Position numbers and translations under genes: made by a program. A model generated the notes under the pieces. It saw only the letters and a list, made by a program, of their open reading frames with translations. It was not told where the DNA came from and did not search any database. DNA of 64,000 nucleotides from a bacterium (GTDB taxonomy: Bacteria > Hinthialibacterota > Hinthialibacteria > Hinthialibacterales > G963663365), in assembly GCA_963663365.2 (NCBI GenBank), contig CAXXIH010000001.1, forward strand, positions 875,209 to 939,208, in the 5' to 3' direction. Below are positions 16,956 to 27,318 of the stretch, in pieces. Position 1 is the first letter of the stretch. Every line of letters begins with the position of its first letter.

Positions 16956-17338
16956 CTTCTGCTCCTATCCGTACCGTAATATTGTTTTGTCAACTGTGAT
17001 GGCGAATTTCATCAGTTCCGCCATCCAATGGTGTGTTGTCTTATGTTGCCATTACGAGCCGTTCTGAACTCATAATGTGCAAAAATTATTTTAACAGCTA
17101 AGCGATTGGTGAGATAGGCGCTCTTTTTTGCTGTTCGGTTGGGTTTGGTTTGGGTGACGAATATTCGCCAGCGAAAAGGCCGGTGCATGTTCTCAAGGCC
17201 GCTTCGGGCTAAAATCGGCGATGGAAACTCGAAATCGAGCGGGAAGCGAATTGTGTCACTCTGATTGTGATCTGACTCCCGGCGCAATGGGGATGGCATG
17301 GAAATGATAGACTGCTGCTTGTCCGAAAAGAGATATTC

Positions 17339-18904
17339 ATGTCGATGACTGCGCGGGTCTTTTTCGCTGTTTTTGTGTTGTATCTGCTTTTGGCCGGACC
17401 GGCAGTTGGTTGGGAGGATTCCGCCGAGATGGTGACGGCGGGGCGGTTTTTGACTCCTATGCATCCACCCGGCGCGCCGTTGCCTGTGCTGGTTGCAAAT
17501 GTCGCACAACGAATTCCTTTCGGCTCCGCGCCTTACCGGTTGCACCTATTCCAGGCACTGCTTGGTGCAGGATTATGTGCGGGCCTATTCCACTACTTAG
17601 AAAGCAAGACCTCATTGTTTCCGGCTTTCTTGGGTGCATTTGTTTTTGCTTTTTTTCTTTTGCCGGTTGTTGTGACGGCTGAAGTCTATGTTTTGGCTTT
17701 GACGTTGTTTTTTTTTATGGCCGTGTTGGTCGAGCGTTGGTGGCTGGCCGGGCGCCGCGCACGGTGTTCGGATCATCTCTTGGCCGCCTTTGCTTTGGGC
17801 CTGGCGCTTTCATGCAGTGCGCTTTTATTGCCCTATATCCTTATACCTGTTGTTGTTTTTGCGCTTGACCGCAAGGACCGCCGGAAGGTTTTTGTTTTGT
17901 GGGGATTCGGGCTTTCGCTCGGAATGCTCCCGTATTTGCTCTTGCCTTTCCGGGATTTGCACCCGAGTTTTTTATCACCACCGAATCTCTCTTCATGGCA
18001 TGAATTGTCCGGTTTTGTATCCGGTTCTAACTTTCGCAAACAGTTCGCCGCCGGATCATACACACCGTCTTCCTCGGCTTGGCTGTGGGGCGGTCTGGCC
18101 GCTCTTATGCCGCTACTGCTTTGGTATTTGCTGAAGAAACGAAAAGAGGCCGGAATCTGGGCGATTGGCGCTTTGCTGATGGCTCCATGGTTGATTATCC
18201 CGTCTTCGCGGTCCGGATTGCACTTTTTTCTCCCTGCGATTTTTTCAGTGGTTATTCTTGTCGTTCTTGCAGGCGAAGCTTGTGCGAAGGCCTGTAAAGC
18301 GAATTCTCAGCAAGGAATTTCAGGGCCTAAAACAGCACTGACGGTTGCCATGTTCGTGATTGTCTGTATCACCCCTTGGACTCCGCTGGGGCCGTATGGA
18401 AAGGCTTCGGGTGCTCATTCGTTTATGGAGCGTATGAGCGATGCGCTCCAGCCCGGAAGCCGGATCATCTGCGGAGAAATCGATGTGATGTTTCTTTTGT
18501 GGTATTCCCGAGGGATAGAAGGCGGTCTTGATGGTGTGGAAATCGATCCTCTTGTTTTTACGGATAAGACTGTTGTGTGGAATCAGCTTCTTGAAAAGCC
18601 TCCCCGGCCCGGCACTTGGTTCGATTTGGATCTGCTTGATTATGCGGACCGCCATGGCAAGAATGCAGATTGGATTACGGGACTTCAGCTCGATGGCTTG
18701 CTCTTGAGGATTCCCGATTCCCGTGAATTGCCATCTCCTGCATTTGACGAACGCCATTGGTTGGAATCGCATTTATCACATCTCGATGCCTATGGCAGGA
18801 GACAACTCGGCTATCGGTATCACAATCTCGCCCGTTTTTTATCGATTCATCAAACCGGCGATCCACGAGTATATGCCGCACTTTCGAAATTCCTGCTGAA
18901 TTAA
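17339..18904 (+). CDS. DUF2723 (TMEM260-like, glycosyltransferase-C-fold) membrane protein
   Basis: The N-terminal motif GWEDSAEMVTAGRFLTPMHPPGAPL is characteristic of DUF2723. There are multiple TM helices. Confidence 0.65.
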   Translation: MSMTARVFFAVFVLYLLLAGPAVGWEDSAEMVTAGRFLTPMHPPGAPLPVLVANVAQRIPFGSAPYRLHLFQALLGAGLCAGLFHYLESKTSLFPAFLGAFVFAFFLLPVVVTAEVYVLALTLFFFMAVLVERWWLAGRRARCSDHLLAAFALGLALSCSALLLPYILIPVVVFALDRKDRRKVFVLWGFGLSLGMLPYLLLPFRDLHPSFLSPPNLSSWHELSGFVSGSNFRKQFAAGSYTPSSSAWLWGGLAALMPLLLWYLLKKRKEAGIWAIGALLMAPWLIIPSSRSGLHFFLPAIFSVVILVVLAGEACAKACKANSQQGISGPKTALTVAMFVIVCITPWTPLGPYGKASGAHSFMERMSDALQPGSRIICGEIDVMFLLWYSRGIEGGLDGVEIDPLVFTDKTVVWNQLLEKPPRPGTWFDLDLLDYADRHGKNADWITGLQLDGLLLRIPDSRELPSPAFDERHWLESHLSHLDAYGRRQLGYRYHNLARFLSIHQTGDPRVYAALSKFLLN

Positions 18905-19090
18905 GGGTTATTTCAATAATTCTGCTATTTTCACCGGCTGATGTCCTTATTCAATATCATGTGCTCATAAGCGTTTGATATAATAAAAGTAGTGGTTTCA
19001 ACGGTGTTCGGCTTATAGCTAAAAACTGCTACGCTGTGTTTTCGGTATAAAGCGCCGGTCGCAATTTTATTCTTGTGGAGGAATGTACGA

Positions 19091-19849
19091 ATGGCTCAAC
19101 AGTCCGATTCTATGGAAACAGTTGAACACTTTGTACTTTGCGTTCTCGATGGCACCGAGACGCTTGTTCCGGCCACGATCAAGGGCAAGAGTTCCAATTC
19201 TGTTTATGCGATCACCGAATACGAACTCCCCGACCGCGCAAAAATTCATATGTTGCCCTGTGAACCGACAGACATTTTTACAGCCGAGCAGGTTGTCCAT
19301 AGCCCCGGAACCCTGTCGGGCACAATTGCCTCTTTTGACCGGCAGGGCGGCTTTATTGTCCGTGTCAGTCCTGCTCATTTGGCGAAGCTGGGAAAAGACC
19401 AAGGAGACAAAGGCGTCTCAGTACAAACGCAGAAACGTAAAAAAACTCCGTCTCGATCCAAATCGGCTCATAAAGACGCTGATGGGATGCGCGAAGAAAA
19501 AGGCTCCAGTGTGCATCTCCGTTATGGCATGAGAGATGGCGTGTTGCTGGTAGAAGTCAGTGGTGTTCTCAATGTGAGCGGCGCAGCCTTACTGGACCGG
19601 GTAGCCCGGCGCGCTTTGCGTGAGCGTTGTCCGGTTGTGCTCAGTGTTGGTCAAGTTGAGGAAATCCCCAGCGCCGGATTGGGAGTTTTAATTGCATTAG
19701 TCCGGGATCTTCAGGAGCGCGGCTTGAACGCGGCGGTTTGCGATGCAACATCGACAGTCAAACGTGTCCTCGATATTTCACGCCTCGGTCAGTTAATCCA
19801 TGCCTATTCCGACTTTGATGAGGCCCGCAATGCCCTCATGAACGGCTGA
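19091..19849 (+). CDS. STAS-domain protein (anti-sigma-factor-antagonist-like) with an N-terminal beta-rich extension
   Basis: The C-terminal segment LLVEVSGVLNVSGAALLDRV...VVLSVGQVEEIPSAGLGVLIALVRDLQERGLNAAVCDATSTVKRVLDISRL has the STAS pattern. ATG 19091 has GGAGGA 8 nt upstream. Confidence 0.65.
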   Translation: MAQQSDSMETVEHFVLCVLDGTETLVPATIKGKSSNSVYAITEYELPDRAKIHMLPCEPTDIFTAEQVVHSPGTLSGTIASFDRQGGFIVRVSPAHLAKLGKDQGDKGVSVQTQKRKKTPSRSKSAHKDADGMREEKGSSVHLRYGMRDGVLLVEVSGVLNVSGAALLDRVARRALRERCPVVLSVGQVEEIPSAGLGVLIALVRDLQERGLNAAVCDATSTVKRVLDISRLGQLIHAYSDFDEARNALMNG

Positions 19850-19919
19850 TTGAAACTTCGCCGAGTTCCTTCCCCAATATCGGATTCCACGTCAAAGTAG
19901 ATTCATACCGATTCTGCGT

Positions 19920-20840
19920 ATGGAGATTTTTATGACTTCACAATTTCATAAGAAACTTGCCACCGGCTGCCTGGTCGGCGATGGAGGTATGGGCACCATG
20001 CTGCAAGCGGCGGGATTACCCTCCGGGACATGTGGTGAACTTTGGAATGTTGATGAACCGGATAAGGTTACGGAAATTCAGCGGTGCTATGTTGAAGCCG
20101 GATCGGACTTGATTATCAGCAATACATTTGGTGGAAGTCCCCATAAACTCAATGCCTATGGCCTTGCCAAACGCACGGAAGAGATCAATGCGGCCGCAGC
20201 GCGTAATGCCCGCCGGGCCGTTGAGGGGACGGAATCTTGTGTGTTGGGGGATATCGGTCCCAGCGGCGCGCTCTTGGAACCATTTGGAGACATGCCCTTC
20301 AACCAGCTTAATGAGGATTTTTCCCGTCAGGTTTCCGGGCTTCTGGATGGCGGAGTAGATGCCTTCATAATTGAGACGATGATGGATTTCAATGAAGTGG
20401 CTTGCGCGATAGAGGCTGTGCGCGGCAAATGCGATCTGCCCATTATCATTTCGCTGTTTTTTAACCCCGATAAACAGCAGCCCGGCCAGTTTCGTACTAT
20501 GTATGGCGACACGCCTGCCTCAATTGTGCAAAAAGCGGAACCGTTGGATGTGGATATTGTGGGCAGCAATTGCGGCTTAGCGATAGATGATTTTGTGGAA
20601 CTGTGCAAACGCTTCCGTGAGGCCACCGCTAAGCCTTTAATGATGCAGCCGAATGCGGGGTTGGGGCATCCTGATGAAAACGGGAATGTAATTTACGACG
20701 ATCCACCCGAGCGCATGGCATCGCGTGCGGGCGAACTTTACGACAATGGCGCCACAATTGTCGGGGGGTGTTGCGGCACCGGGCCGGAATTTATTCGCTG
20801 TGTACGCGAGATCGCAAATTTGAGACTACAGTCCTCCTAA
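19920..20840 (+). CDS. Homocysteine S-methyltransferase-domain protein (MetH N-terminal domain-like)
   Basis: GDGGMGTMLQ, NTFG, GSNCG and GGCCGTGPEFI (zinc-binding cysteines of the Hcy-binding domain). Confidence 0.75.
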   Translation: MEIFMTSQFHKKLATGCLVGDGGMGTMLQAAGLPSGTCGELWNVDEPDKVTEIQRCYVEAGSDLIISNTFGGSPHKLNAYGLAKRTEEINAAAARNARRAVEGTESCVLGDIGPSGALLEPFGDMPFNQLNEDFSRQVSGLLDGGVDAFIIETMMDFNEVACAIEAVRGKCDLPIIISLFFNPDKQQPGQFRTMYGDTPASIVQKAEPLDVDIVGSNCGLAIDDFVELCKRFREATAKPLMMQPNAGLGHPDENGNVIYDDPPERMASRAGELYDNGATIVGGCCGTGPEFIRCVREIANLRLQSS

Positions 20841-20843
20841 TGT

Positions 20844-21773
20844 ATGCCAGCCTCCATTCTTCTGCACTTGCCGGGGATTGTGAGGCCGCGTAGGTTTTTA
20901 ATGGGACAAGGCATGGCTACCAAGATTCCAAGAACTCAGCGCTGGAAGGCGAATGGCGTTCACCGGCTTCGTGCAGCCCACCTGCTGCCAAGCCTATTTA
21001 CAAGCGGCAATGTCGCTTGTGGTGTGGCTTCTATCCTGACAGCCTGCGATGGCAAATACTACATTGCGGGCTGGCTGATTATGGCGGGTTTTGTTTTTGA
21101 CGCTTTGGACGGCCGGATCGCCAAACTACTTCGTACGAGCAGCAACTTTGGGGTGCAACTCGATTCTTTGGCCGATGCCATTACGTTTGGTATCGCCCCC
21201 GCCATTCTTTTCCGTGGGATGTTGTATCCCCCTGAGAGCCGTCTTGGGTTTTCATTGGCGATTCTTTATGCCCTTTGCACCGTCTTGAGGCTTGCCCGTT
21301 ACAACGTTGGTGCATTGGATCACTCAGAAATCGCGCGCAGTCATTTTGTGGGATTGCCGTGTCCTTGTAGCGCTGCTTTGTTGGCTTCCCTTGCTGTCAT
21401 GTTGCGCGAATTCGATGTCGAATTGGCCAGTGAGCCTGTAAAAATAGGGATACACATTTTAATCGGCAGTCTATCGGTGCTTATGGTAAGCCGGATTCGC
21501 TATCCCGATCTGATTGCGCTTCGTGTAAAGCGCCGCACGGCATTTAATCATCTTGTGGTGGTTGCGGTTGTGCTATCCTTGGGTGTTGTTTTTCAAGCAG
21601 AACTCATTCTGATCGGCTCGGCGGCTTTTATCATTGGTGGACCTTTTCTTTCAGCTGTGACGAAACCCAAGATTGCGGCGGATTCCAGCGACGATAATGG
21701 TGACGACACCGAAAGTTTCCCGCTGTCCAAGCCTGAGGAAGAAGAAATCCTTGGAGAGATTGACCATGACTGA
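20844..21773 (+). CDS. pssA: CDP-diacylglycerol-serine O-phosphatidyltransferase (CDP-alcohol phosphatidyltransferase family)
   Basis: DALDGRIAKLLRTSSNFGVQLDSLADAITFG matches the D-G-x2-A-R/K-x8-G-x3-D-x3-D motif. The start is uncertain, with internal ATGs at 20901 and 20913. Confidence 0.75.
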   Translation: MPASILLHLPGIVRPRRFLMGQGMATKIPRTQRWKANGVHRLRAAHLLPSLFTSGNVACGVASILTACDGKYYIAGWLIMAGFVFDALDGRIAKLLRTSSNFGVQLDSLADAITFGIAPAILFRGMLYPPESRLGFSLAILYALCTVLRLARYNVGALDHSEIARSHFVGLPCPCSAALLASLAVMLREFDVELASEPVKIGIHILIGSLSVLMVSRIRYPDLIALRVKRRTAFNHLVVVAVVLSLGVVFQAELILIGSAAFIIGGPFLSAVTKPKIAADSSDDNGDDTESFPLSKPEEEEILGEIDHD

Positions 21774-22053
21774 TTATCGAGTATGTACTCAATGTGGGTT
21801 GACGGTATTTGCCGTACAGACTTCATGCCCTTCCTGCGGCGCTTCGACTGAACCGGAGGCCGATCCTCATTTAATCGAAGAGTGGCATGAAAAGGCACAG
21901 GGACTTTGTGTGGATTGCGGACAGATCACACGCGTACGACGTTTGTTGAAAGCAAAAGGTTACAATGCCAAAACACGCACACCGGAGTTTCGTTGTTATG
22001 AATGCAGCATGAAGAAGCTTGTAGATCTTCGGGAACGCGGAATTCCGGTTTGA
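21766..22053 (+). CDS. Small double zinc-ribbon protein
   Basis: MTDYRVCTQCG...CPSCG and CVDCG...CYEC. The ATG overlaps the pssA stop (ATGACTGA). Confidence 0.5.
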   Translation: MTDYRVCTQCGLTVFAVQTSCPSCGASTEPEADPHLIEEWHEKAQGLCVDCGQITRVRRLLKAKGYNAKTRTPEFRCYECSMKKLVDLRERGIPV

Positions 22054-22182
22054 TGGTTTGCTGAAGATTGTCTGGCCACTGCGGACTGCGTATTCTGTGA
22101 GTCAGCGTCAGCGATACTTGTTTTATCCGCCGGTTTGCCAAAGGCTGTAAGACAAGGGATATTTACCTAATGGAGCAGAAAA

Positions 22183-22443
22183 ATGAGTGACGATCAGAGC
22201 GCCTCAGGTGCACCATCCATCGAAGAACGCGTATTGGAGATCATCAACAATGAGATTCGTCCTGCCATACAGATGGACGGCGGCGATATCGCGCTTGTTG
22301 GAATCGATGAGAACAATGTTGTGAATGTTCAGCTAAAAGGAGCCTGCGTTGGGTGCCCGGGAGCGGTTATGACTCTGCAAATGGGCGTCGAACGGCGGCT
22401 CAAGCAACTCATTCCCGAGATTCAGGGTGTTGTATCTGTTTAA
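22183..22443 (+). CDS. NifU C-terminal-domain (Nfu-type) Fe-S cluster assembly protein
   Basis: IRPAIQMDGGDIALVGIDENNVVNVQLKGACVGCPGAVMTLQMGVE. Confidence 0.8.
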   Translation: MSDDQSASGAPSIEERVLEIINNEIRPAIQMDGGDIALVGIDENNVVNVQLKGACVGCPGAVMTLQMGVERRLKQLIPEIQGVVSV

Positions 22444-22476
22444 TCCTTGATCCTGGAGCACAAAGGCATACAAAAG

Positions 22477-22510
22477 AACTCCCCCAGGCCGACGGCTTGG
22501 GGGAGTTTTT
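22477..22510 (+). terminator. Rho-independent terminator downstream of the NifU-like gene
   Basis: 10-bp perfect stem AACTCCCCCA/TGGGGGAGTT with an 11-nt loop, followed by TTT. It lies between convergent genes. Confidence 0.7.
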
Positions 22511-22536
22511 CGTAGAGAATGGTTTACCGTATTTCC

Positions 22537-23754
22537 TTATTCCGGCGCACGGCGGATTGTCAATAACGAAACATCGTCATGAAAGGATTGTGGGGGGGCG
22601 AACTGGTGCACGTCGTCCAAGAGGCCTTTCACCAATTCGCGTGCGCTTTTTTTCCCATAATTTTTAATCGATTCAATCAGGCGTTCAGTTCCATATAATT
22701 CCAGTGTATGCCCACGTACTTCAATCAAACCATCCGTATAAAGCACGAGTTGGTCTCCCGGATTGATTTTAATGGATTTTTCATCGTATTCATCAATCTC
22801 TACAAGCTTCAGCGGGAAACCTCTTTCTGTGGATAATTCCTCTACTTCGCCTGTAGCCGCCCGGTAGATATACATCGGATCATGACCCGCCGAAGCGAAC
22901 GTCATCTCAAAAGTCTTATGGTTCAAAATTCCATAAAACATGGTCACGTAATATGTGGGGCTTAGGTGTTCGTTTAATTTTTCGTTAAGGACTTTGAGGG
23001 CGGTGGAGGGGTGCTTGAATGTATTGATGACATGGTTCATTAGGGTGTGTGTGATCGCCATGATGACGGCGGCTGCGGCGCCGTGCCCAGTTACATCCGC
23101 AATCACAACGCCGTAATGGTCGTGGCCGATTTCAATTGTGTCGTAGTAATCTCCGCCTGCTCCTGCGACGCTGCTGGGATGATAAAAACATCCAAAATCG
23201 AGCGAAAGATGTTGTGGGAAGGTGCTTGGCAAGAAGTTCTTTTGGACTTCACCCACCAAGCGGAGTTCTTCTTCGATCTTTTTACGCGCCGCCATCAGTT
23301 CTTCGTTACTGCGTTGCAGCTCGCTATTGACGACATGCAGATGATGTTGAAGGTCACGGATACGCAACATGGCGCGTACCCGGGCGAGAAATTCTTCCCG
23401 CTGAGGCGGTTTAATCAGATATTCATCCGCTCCCGAGTCCAGTCCTCGGACATGGCTTGCTTCATCGGAAAAACCGGTCAATAAGATGACCGGAACAAAA
23501 TCCTCCCGGTGGCCTTCTTTGATGATCTGGCAGGCCTCGAATCCGTCCATAATGGGCATCCCTACATCCATAACCACCAAATCCGGAAGGGATTCATTTA
23601 CGGAATCGACTGCTTCTCTACCATTATGCGCTTTTCGAATCTGGTAACCTTCCATGCCGAGAATGGCTTCGAGAAATACAAGATTTTCCGGCTCATCATC
23701 GACAATCAGGATCTGCCTTCGATTATTGGGGACGCTCGATAAGGTATGTGTCAT
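22537..23754 (-). CDS. Response regulator receiver fused to a PP2C/SpoIIE-type phosphatase (RsbU-like)
   Basis: The receiver is ILIVDDEPEN...DLVVMDVGMPIMDG...LTG. The C-terminal part GGDYYD...VIADVTGHGAAAA...LYTDG has the SpoIIE pattern. Confidence 0.85.
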   Translation of the reverse strand: MTHTLSSVPNNRRQILIVDDEPENLVFLEAILGMEGYQIRKAHNGREAVDSVNESLPDLVVMDVGMPIMDGFEACQIIKEGHREDFVPVILLTGFSDEASHVRGLDSGADEYLIKPPQREEFLARVRAMLRIRDLQHHLHVVNSELQRSNEELMAARKKIEEELRLVGEVQKNFLPSTFPQHLSLDFGCFYHPSSVAGAGGDYYDTIEIGHDHYGVVIADVTGHGAAAAVIMAITHTLMNHVINTFKHPSTALKVLNEKLNEHLSPTYYVTMFYGILNHKTFEMTFASAGHDPMYIYRAATGEVEELSTERGFPLKLVEIDEYDEKSIKINPGDQLVLYTDGLIEVRGHTLELYGTERLIESIKNYGKKSARELVKGLLDDVHQFAPPQSFHDDVSLLTIRRAPE

Positions 23755-23834
23755 CGCATTCCTTTATCCTATTGCCTCATACTTGTACCGCTATCCTAGC
23801 AAGGGGATAGTGAGTGGTGCTACTGAGAATTGTC

Positions 23835-24470
23835 ATGGTAAGAATTATCGAAGCCCGATTTATCACAAGCGCAGCCAAGCCGGAACAGGCTCCGGACCAT
23901 GGTTTGATCGAAATTGGCATGGTGGGCCGCAGCAATGTCGGAAAATCAAGTTTGATCAATGCGCTCTGCAACCGGCGGCGCCTTGCAAAGACCTCAGCCA
24001 CGCCGGGCAAAACCCGGCTACTGAATTTCTTCGAGGTTGAACTGCGGGAGCCGGAGGCTTCTTTTTGTCTTGTTGACTTGCCCGGCTATGGGTACGCGAA
24101 GGCCGGACGCAACGCGCAAGATGCCTGGAATGAAGCCACAGACCGCTTTTTGTCGATTCCCGAGCGTTGCCCGATCATCGTTCATCTGCTCGATTGCCGC
24201 CATCAGCCTACCGAGCAAGACCGGCAGATGCGGGATTGGCTACTGACAACGAATCGGATGTCGATAACGGTCCTGACCAAATGCGACAAATTGAGCCGTA
24301 ATCAGCTGCAAAAGCAGAGCAAAGCCATTCAGAAGGGCTTTGTTGCCCGCCCGGGTGAGACCTGGATTGCCTGTTCGGCTCTAAAAAAGCAGGGATTCGA
24401 TGATCTGCTTCAGGCTCTAATCCGTGCTTTAGGAACTCTCGAAGCAGACTCTTACCCGGCTTCACCATGA
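23835..24470 (+). CDS. engB: Ribosome biogenesis GTPase EngB/YsxC
   Basis: GRSNVGKSSLINAL (G1), PGKTR, DLPGYGYA (G3) and TKCDKL (G4). The in-frame ATG 23835 is preferred over the ORF-track GTG 23814. Confidence 0.85.
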   Translation: MVRIIEARFITSAAKPEQAPDHGLIEIGMVGRSNVGKSSLINALCNRRRLAKTSATPGKTRLLNFFEVELREPEASFCLVDLPGYGYAKAGRNAQDAWNEATDRFLSIPERCPIIVHLLDCRHQPTEQDRQMRDWLLTTNRMSITVLTKCDKLSRNQLQKQSKAIQKGFVARPGETWIACSALKKQGFDDLLQALIRALGTLEADSYPASP

Positions 24471-24590
24471 TTCCCCCGACCATAGCTGAGCCTGGTTTCA
24501 CAGGTTTTGCATGATAGCCTCGTGTATGTGATCCGTTCTGCCGCTGTATCTGCGGCGATTCCGGTGTAAAGGTGAATCACGGTTGTTGAT

Positions 24591-27296
24591 ATGGCCAGTT
24601 TATTAACGACAATTTTGGCGAAAATCTTCGGCACCCAGCAAGAGCGCGATATGCGCCGCTACAAGCCGATTGTTGAACAGATCAATGCGCTCGAGCCGGA
24701 GATGGAGCGGCGTAGCGATAGCGAACTGCGGGAACTAAGCGAGTCCTTTAAACAACGCATCGCCGATGGTGAAGAACTGTCGAATCTGATTCCGGAAGCG
24801 TTTGCCGCCGTCCGTGAAGCCGCGCGGCGAACCATTGGGATGCGTCATTTCGATGTGCAGCTGATTGGCGGCATGGTCCTTTTCGAAGGCAAAATCGCCG
24901 AGATGGCTACCGGCGAAGGAAAAACGCTTGTCGCCACTCTTGCAGCCTATTTGCACGGTCTCACCGGCCGAGGGGTGCATATTGTTACGCCCAACGATTA
25001 CCTGGCAAAACGTGACAGCGAGTGGATGGGCCCGGTTTACGAATTTCTCGGGCTTACGGTTGGCGTAATCCAGAGTCAGATGGATCCCGGCAGCCCCGAG
25101 AGAATCGCCGCCTACCGGCGCGATATTACCTACGGAACAAACAACGAGTTCGGTTTCGATTACCTCCGGGATAATATGGCTATTCACCCGGATCATTTGG
25201 TGCAGCGCGAACTTTATTTTTCCATCGTTGATGAAGTTGACAGTATTTTAATCGATGAAGCGCGTACACCGCTGATTATTTCCGGCCCGGCTGAGGATGC
25301 GACCGAAGTCTACTACACCGTCGATAAGGCCGTTAAACGGCTTAAAAAGGATGTGCACTTCACAGTCGATGAGAAAGATCATGCGGTTATTCTTACCGAA
25401 GAAGGCTCCGAGCGGATTCAAGAACTTCTTGGTGTAAATATCTTCGATGAGAACAACCTGACGCTTGTTCATCATGTTCAGCAAGCGCTTCGCGCGCACA
25501 ATCTCTACAAACGCGATATCGATTACATCGTCGGTGTTCCTAACCTGGACGAAGAGAGCCGCAAACGCCGGGGCATGGATGGCAAGCCGGAAGTGGTTAT
25601 TGTCGATGAACACACCGGCCGTCTTATGTATGGCCGCCGTTATTCAGACGGGCTGCACCAGGCATTGGAAGCCAAAGAAAAACTGCCCATCCGGCGTGAG
25701 AGCCAGACGTTGGCGACAATTACCTTTCAGAACTACTTCCGTCTGTATGATGTTCTCTCCGGTATGACCGGTACGGCGGCGACGGAAGAGAGCGAATTTT
25801 TTGAAATTTACAAACTCAGAATCGTTGTTATTCCGACCAATGTTCCGGTTGTGCGTAATGACTATCCGGATGTGGTTTTTCGGACGGAACGTGAAAAATA
25901 CGACGCTATTATCGAAGAGATTGTATCCGTTCATGAAGAAGGCCAACCCATTTTGGTGGGTACGATTTCAATTGAGAATTCCGAACGCATTTCCCGGATG
26001 CTGCAAAAAAAGGGCATTCGTCATCATGTTTTAAATGCCAAGCAGCATGACCGTGAGGCGGAAGTCGTGTTGGATGCGGGGCAGAGTGGTGCGGTAACCG
26101 TGGCTACGAACATGGCTGGCCGCGGTACGGATATCAAACTTGGCAAAGGAATCGCGGATATCGGCGGTTTGCATATTGTCGGCACCGAACGGCATGAGAG
26201 CCGCCGTATCGACAATCAGCTGCGCGGACGTTCGGGACGCCAGGGCGATCCCGGTTCAAGCCGTTTCTTCTTATCATTGGAAGATAATCTTATGCGTATT
26301 TTCGGCGGTGAGCGCATTAAAGCCATTGCCGAAAGAATGGGGATGCAGGAAGGCGAAGTCCTCGAACATAAGATGGTCAGCAAGGCCATCGCTTCCGCTC
26401 AAAAACGTGTTGAAGGCCACCATTTCGATATTCGTAAACAGATCATCAAATACGATGATGTGATGAACAAACAGCGGGAAGTTATCTACGATATGCGTTC
26501 CGATCTGCTTCGGGGCGAAGATCCGATGGAGGATCTATGGGCGATGGCCGAAGCGGTTATCGACCATGTTGTCGCACTTCATGCGGAAGGCAAAAATTGG
26601 GTCGATTGGGACCTGGAGATGATGGCCGCCTCGATGCGCAATTACTTCAATCTCGCGCCGGAAGAAGGCCAAGAGATCGATGAGTGGTTGGGTATTGAGG
26701 AGGGGATGAAACCCAATGAGTTGAGCGAATCGATTAAGGCTATGGTGCGTGAGTATTCGGACGCCAAGATCGAGGAAATCGGCCGTGACCTTGCGGCCCA
26801 TATTGTATCTCAGTTGATGCTGCGGATTGTCGATACGAAGTGGAAAGATCATCTTCGTAGCATGGATCACCTGAAAGATGGTATTCATTACGAAGCCTAT
26901 GCGCAGAAGGATCCTCTGGTTGAGTATCAAAAACGCGCGTTCGATATGTTCGAGGATGTGTATTGGAGCATTCAGTGCGATGTCGTTTCATTCTGGTCGA
27001 GACTTCAGGTTTCCAGGGAACCACGCCAGGAACCGGAACGGCCTCTTATTCCTGTGCGGGGTGTGCGCCGCCGTAAGGCATTGACCAAAGCCGAGCGGGC
27101 TAAATTGGGTAAGCGCAAGGGCGCGCCGACACCCGAGCCGGGCTCAGCACAAGATGCCGCAGCAGGCTCGAATGCGCCCGATCAGAAGAAGAAAACCGGA
27201 CGTAATGATCCTTGCCCGTGCGGCTCCGGGAAGAAATATAAAAAGTGCTGTATGCAAAAAGATGAACAAGCCGCCGCTGAAGCAACCGAGTCTTAA
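24591..27296 (+). CDS. secA: Preprotein translocase ATPase SecA
   Basis: MATGEGKTLVATL, DEVDSILIDEARTPLIISG, TNMAGRGTDI and the C-terminal zinc motif CPCGSGKKYKKCC. Confidence 0.95.
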   Translation: MASLLTTILAKIFGTQQERDMRRYKPIVEQINALEPEMERRSDSELRELSESFKQRIADGEELSNLIPEAFAAVREAARRTIGMRHFDVQLIGGMVLFEGKIAEMATGEGKTLVATLAAYLHGLTGRGVHIVTPNDYLAKRDSEWMGPVYEFLGLTVGVIQSQMDPGSPERIAAYRRDITYGTNNEFGFDYLRDNMAIHPDHLVQRELYFSIVDEVDSILIDEARTPLIISGPAEDATEVYYTVDKAVKRLKKDVHFTVDEKDHAVILTEEGSERIQELLGVNIFDENNLTLVHHVQQALRAHNLYKRDIDYIVGVPNLDEESRKRRGMDGKPEVVIVDEHTGRLMYGRRYSDGLHQALEAKEKLPIRRESQTLATITFQNYFRLYDVLSGMTGTAATEESEFFEIYKLRIVVIPTNVPVVRNDYPDVVFRTEREKYDAIIEEIVSVHEEGQPILVGTISIENSERISRMLQKKGIRHHVLNAKQHDREAEVVLDAGQSGAVTVATNMAGRGTDIKLGKGIADIGGLHIVGTERHESRRIDNQLRGRSGRQGDPGSSRFFLSLEDNLMRIFGGERIKAIAERMGMQEGEVLEHKMVSKAIASAQKRVEGHHFDIRKQIIKYDDVMNKQREVIYDMRSDLLRGEDPMEDLWAMAEAVIDHVVALHAEGKNWVDWDLEMMAASMRNYFNLAPEEGQEIDEWLGIEEGMKPNELSESIKAMVREYSDAKIEEIGRDLAAHIVSQLMLRIVDTKWKDHLRSMDHLKDGIHYEAYAQKDPLVEYQKRAFDMFEDVYWSIQCDVVSFWSRLQVSREPRQEPERPLIPVRGVRRRKALTKAERAKLGKRKGAPTPEPGSAQDAAAGSNAPDQKKKTGRNDPCPCGSGKKYKKCCMQKDEQAAAEATES

Positions 27297-27318
27297 ATCT
27301 CAAAAATGACGCTATGTT

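Noticed and set aside
17012-17545. 177-aa minus-strand ORF
   Set aside because: It overlaps the 5' end of the DUF2723 gene and an intergenic region. It is Arg/His/Ser-rich with no motifs and no ribosome-binding site.
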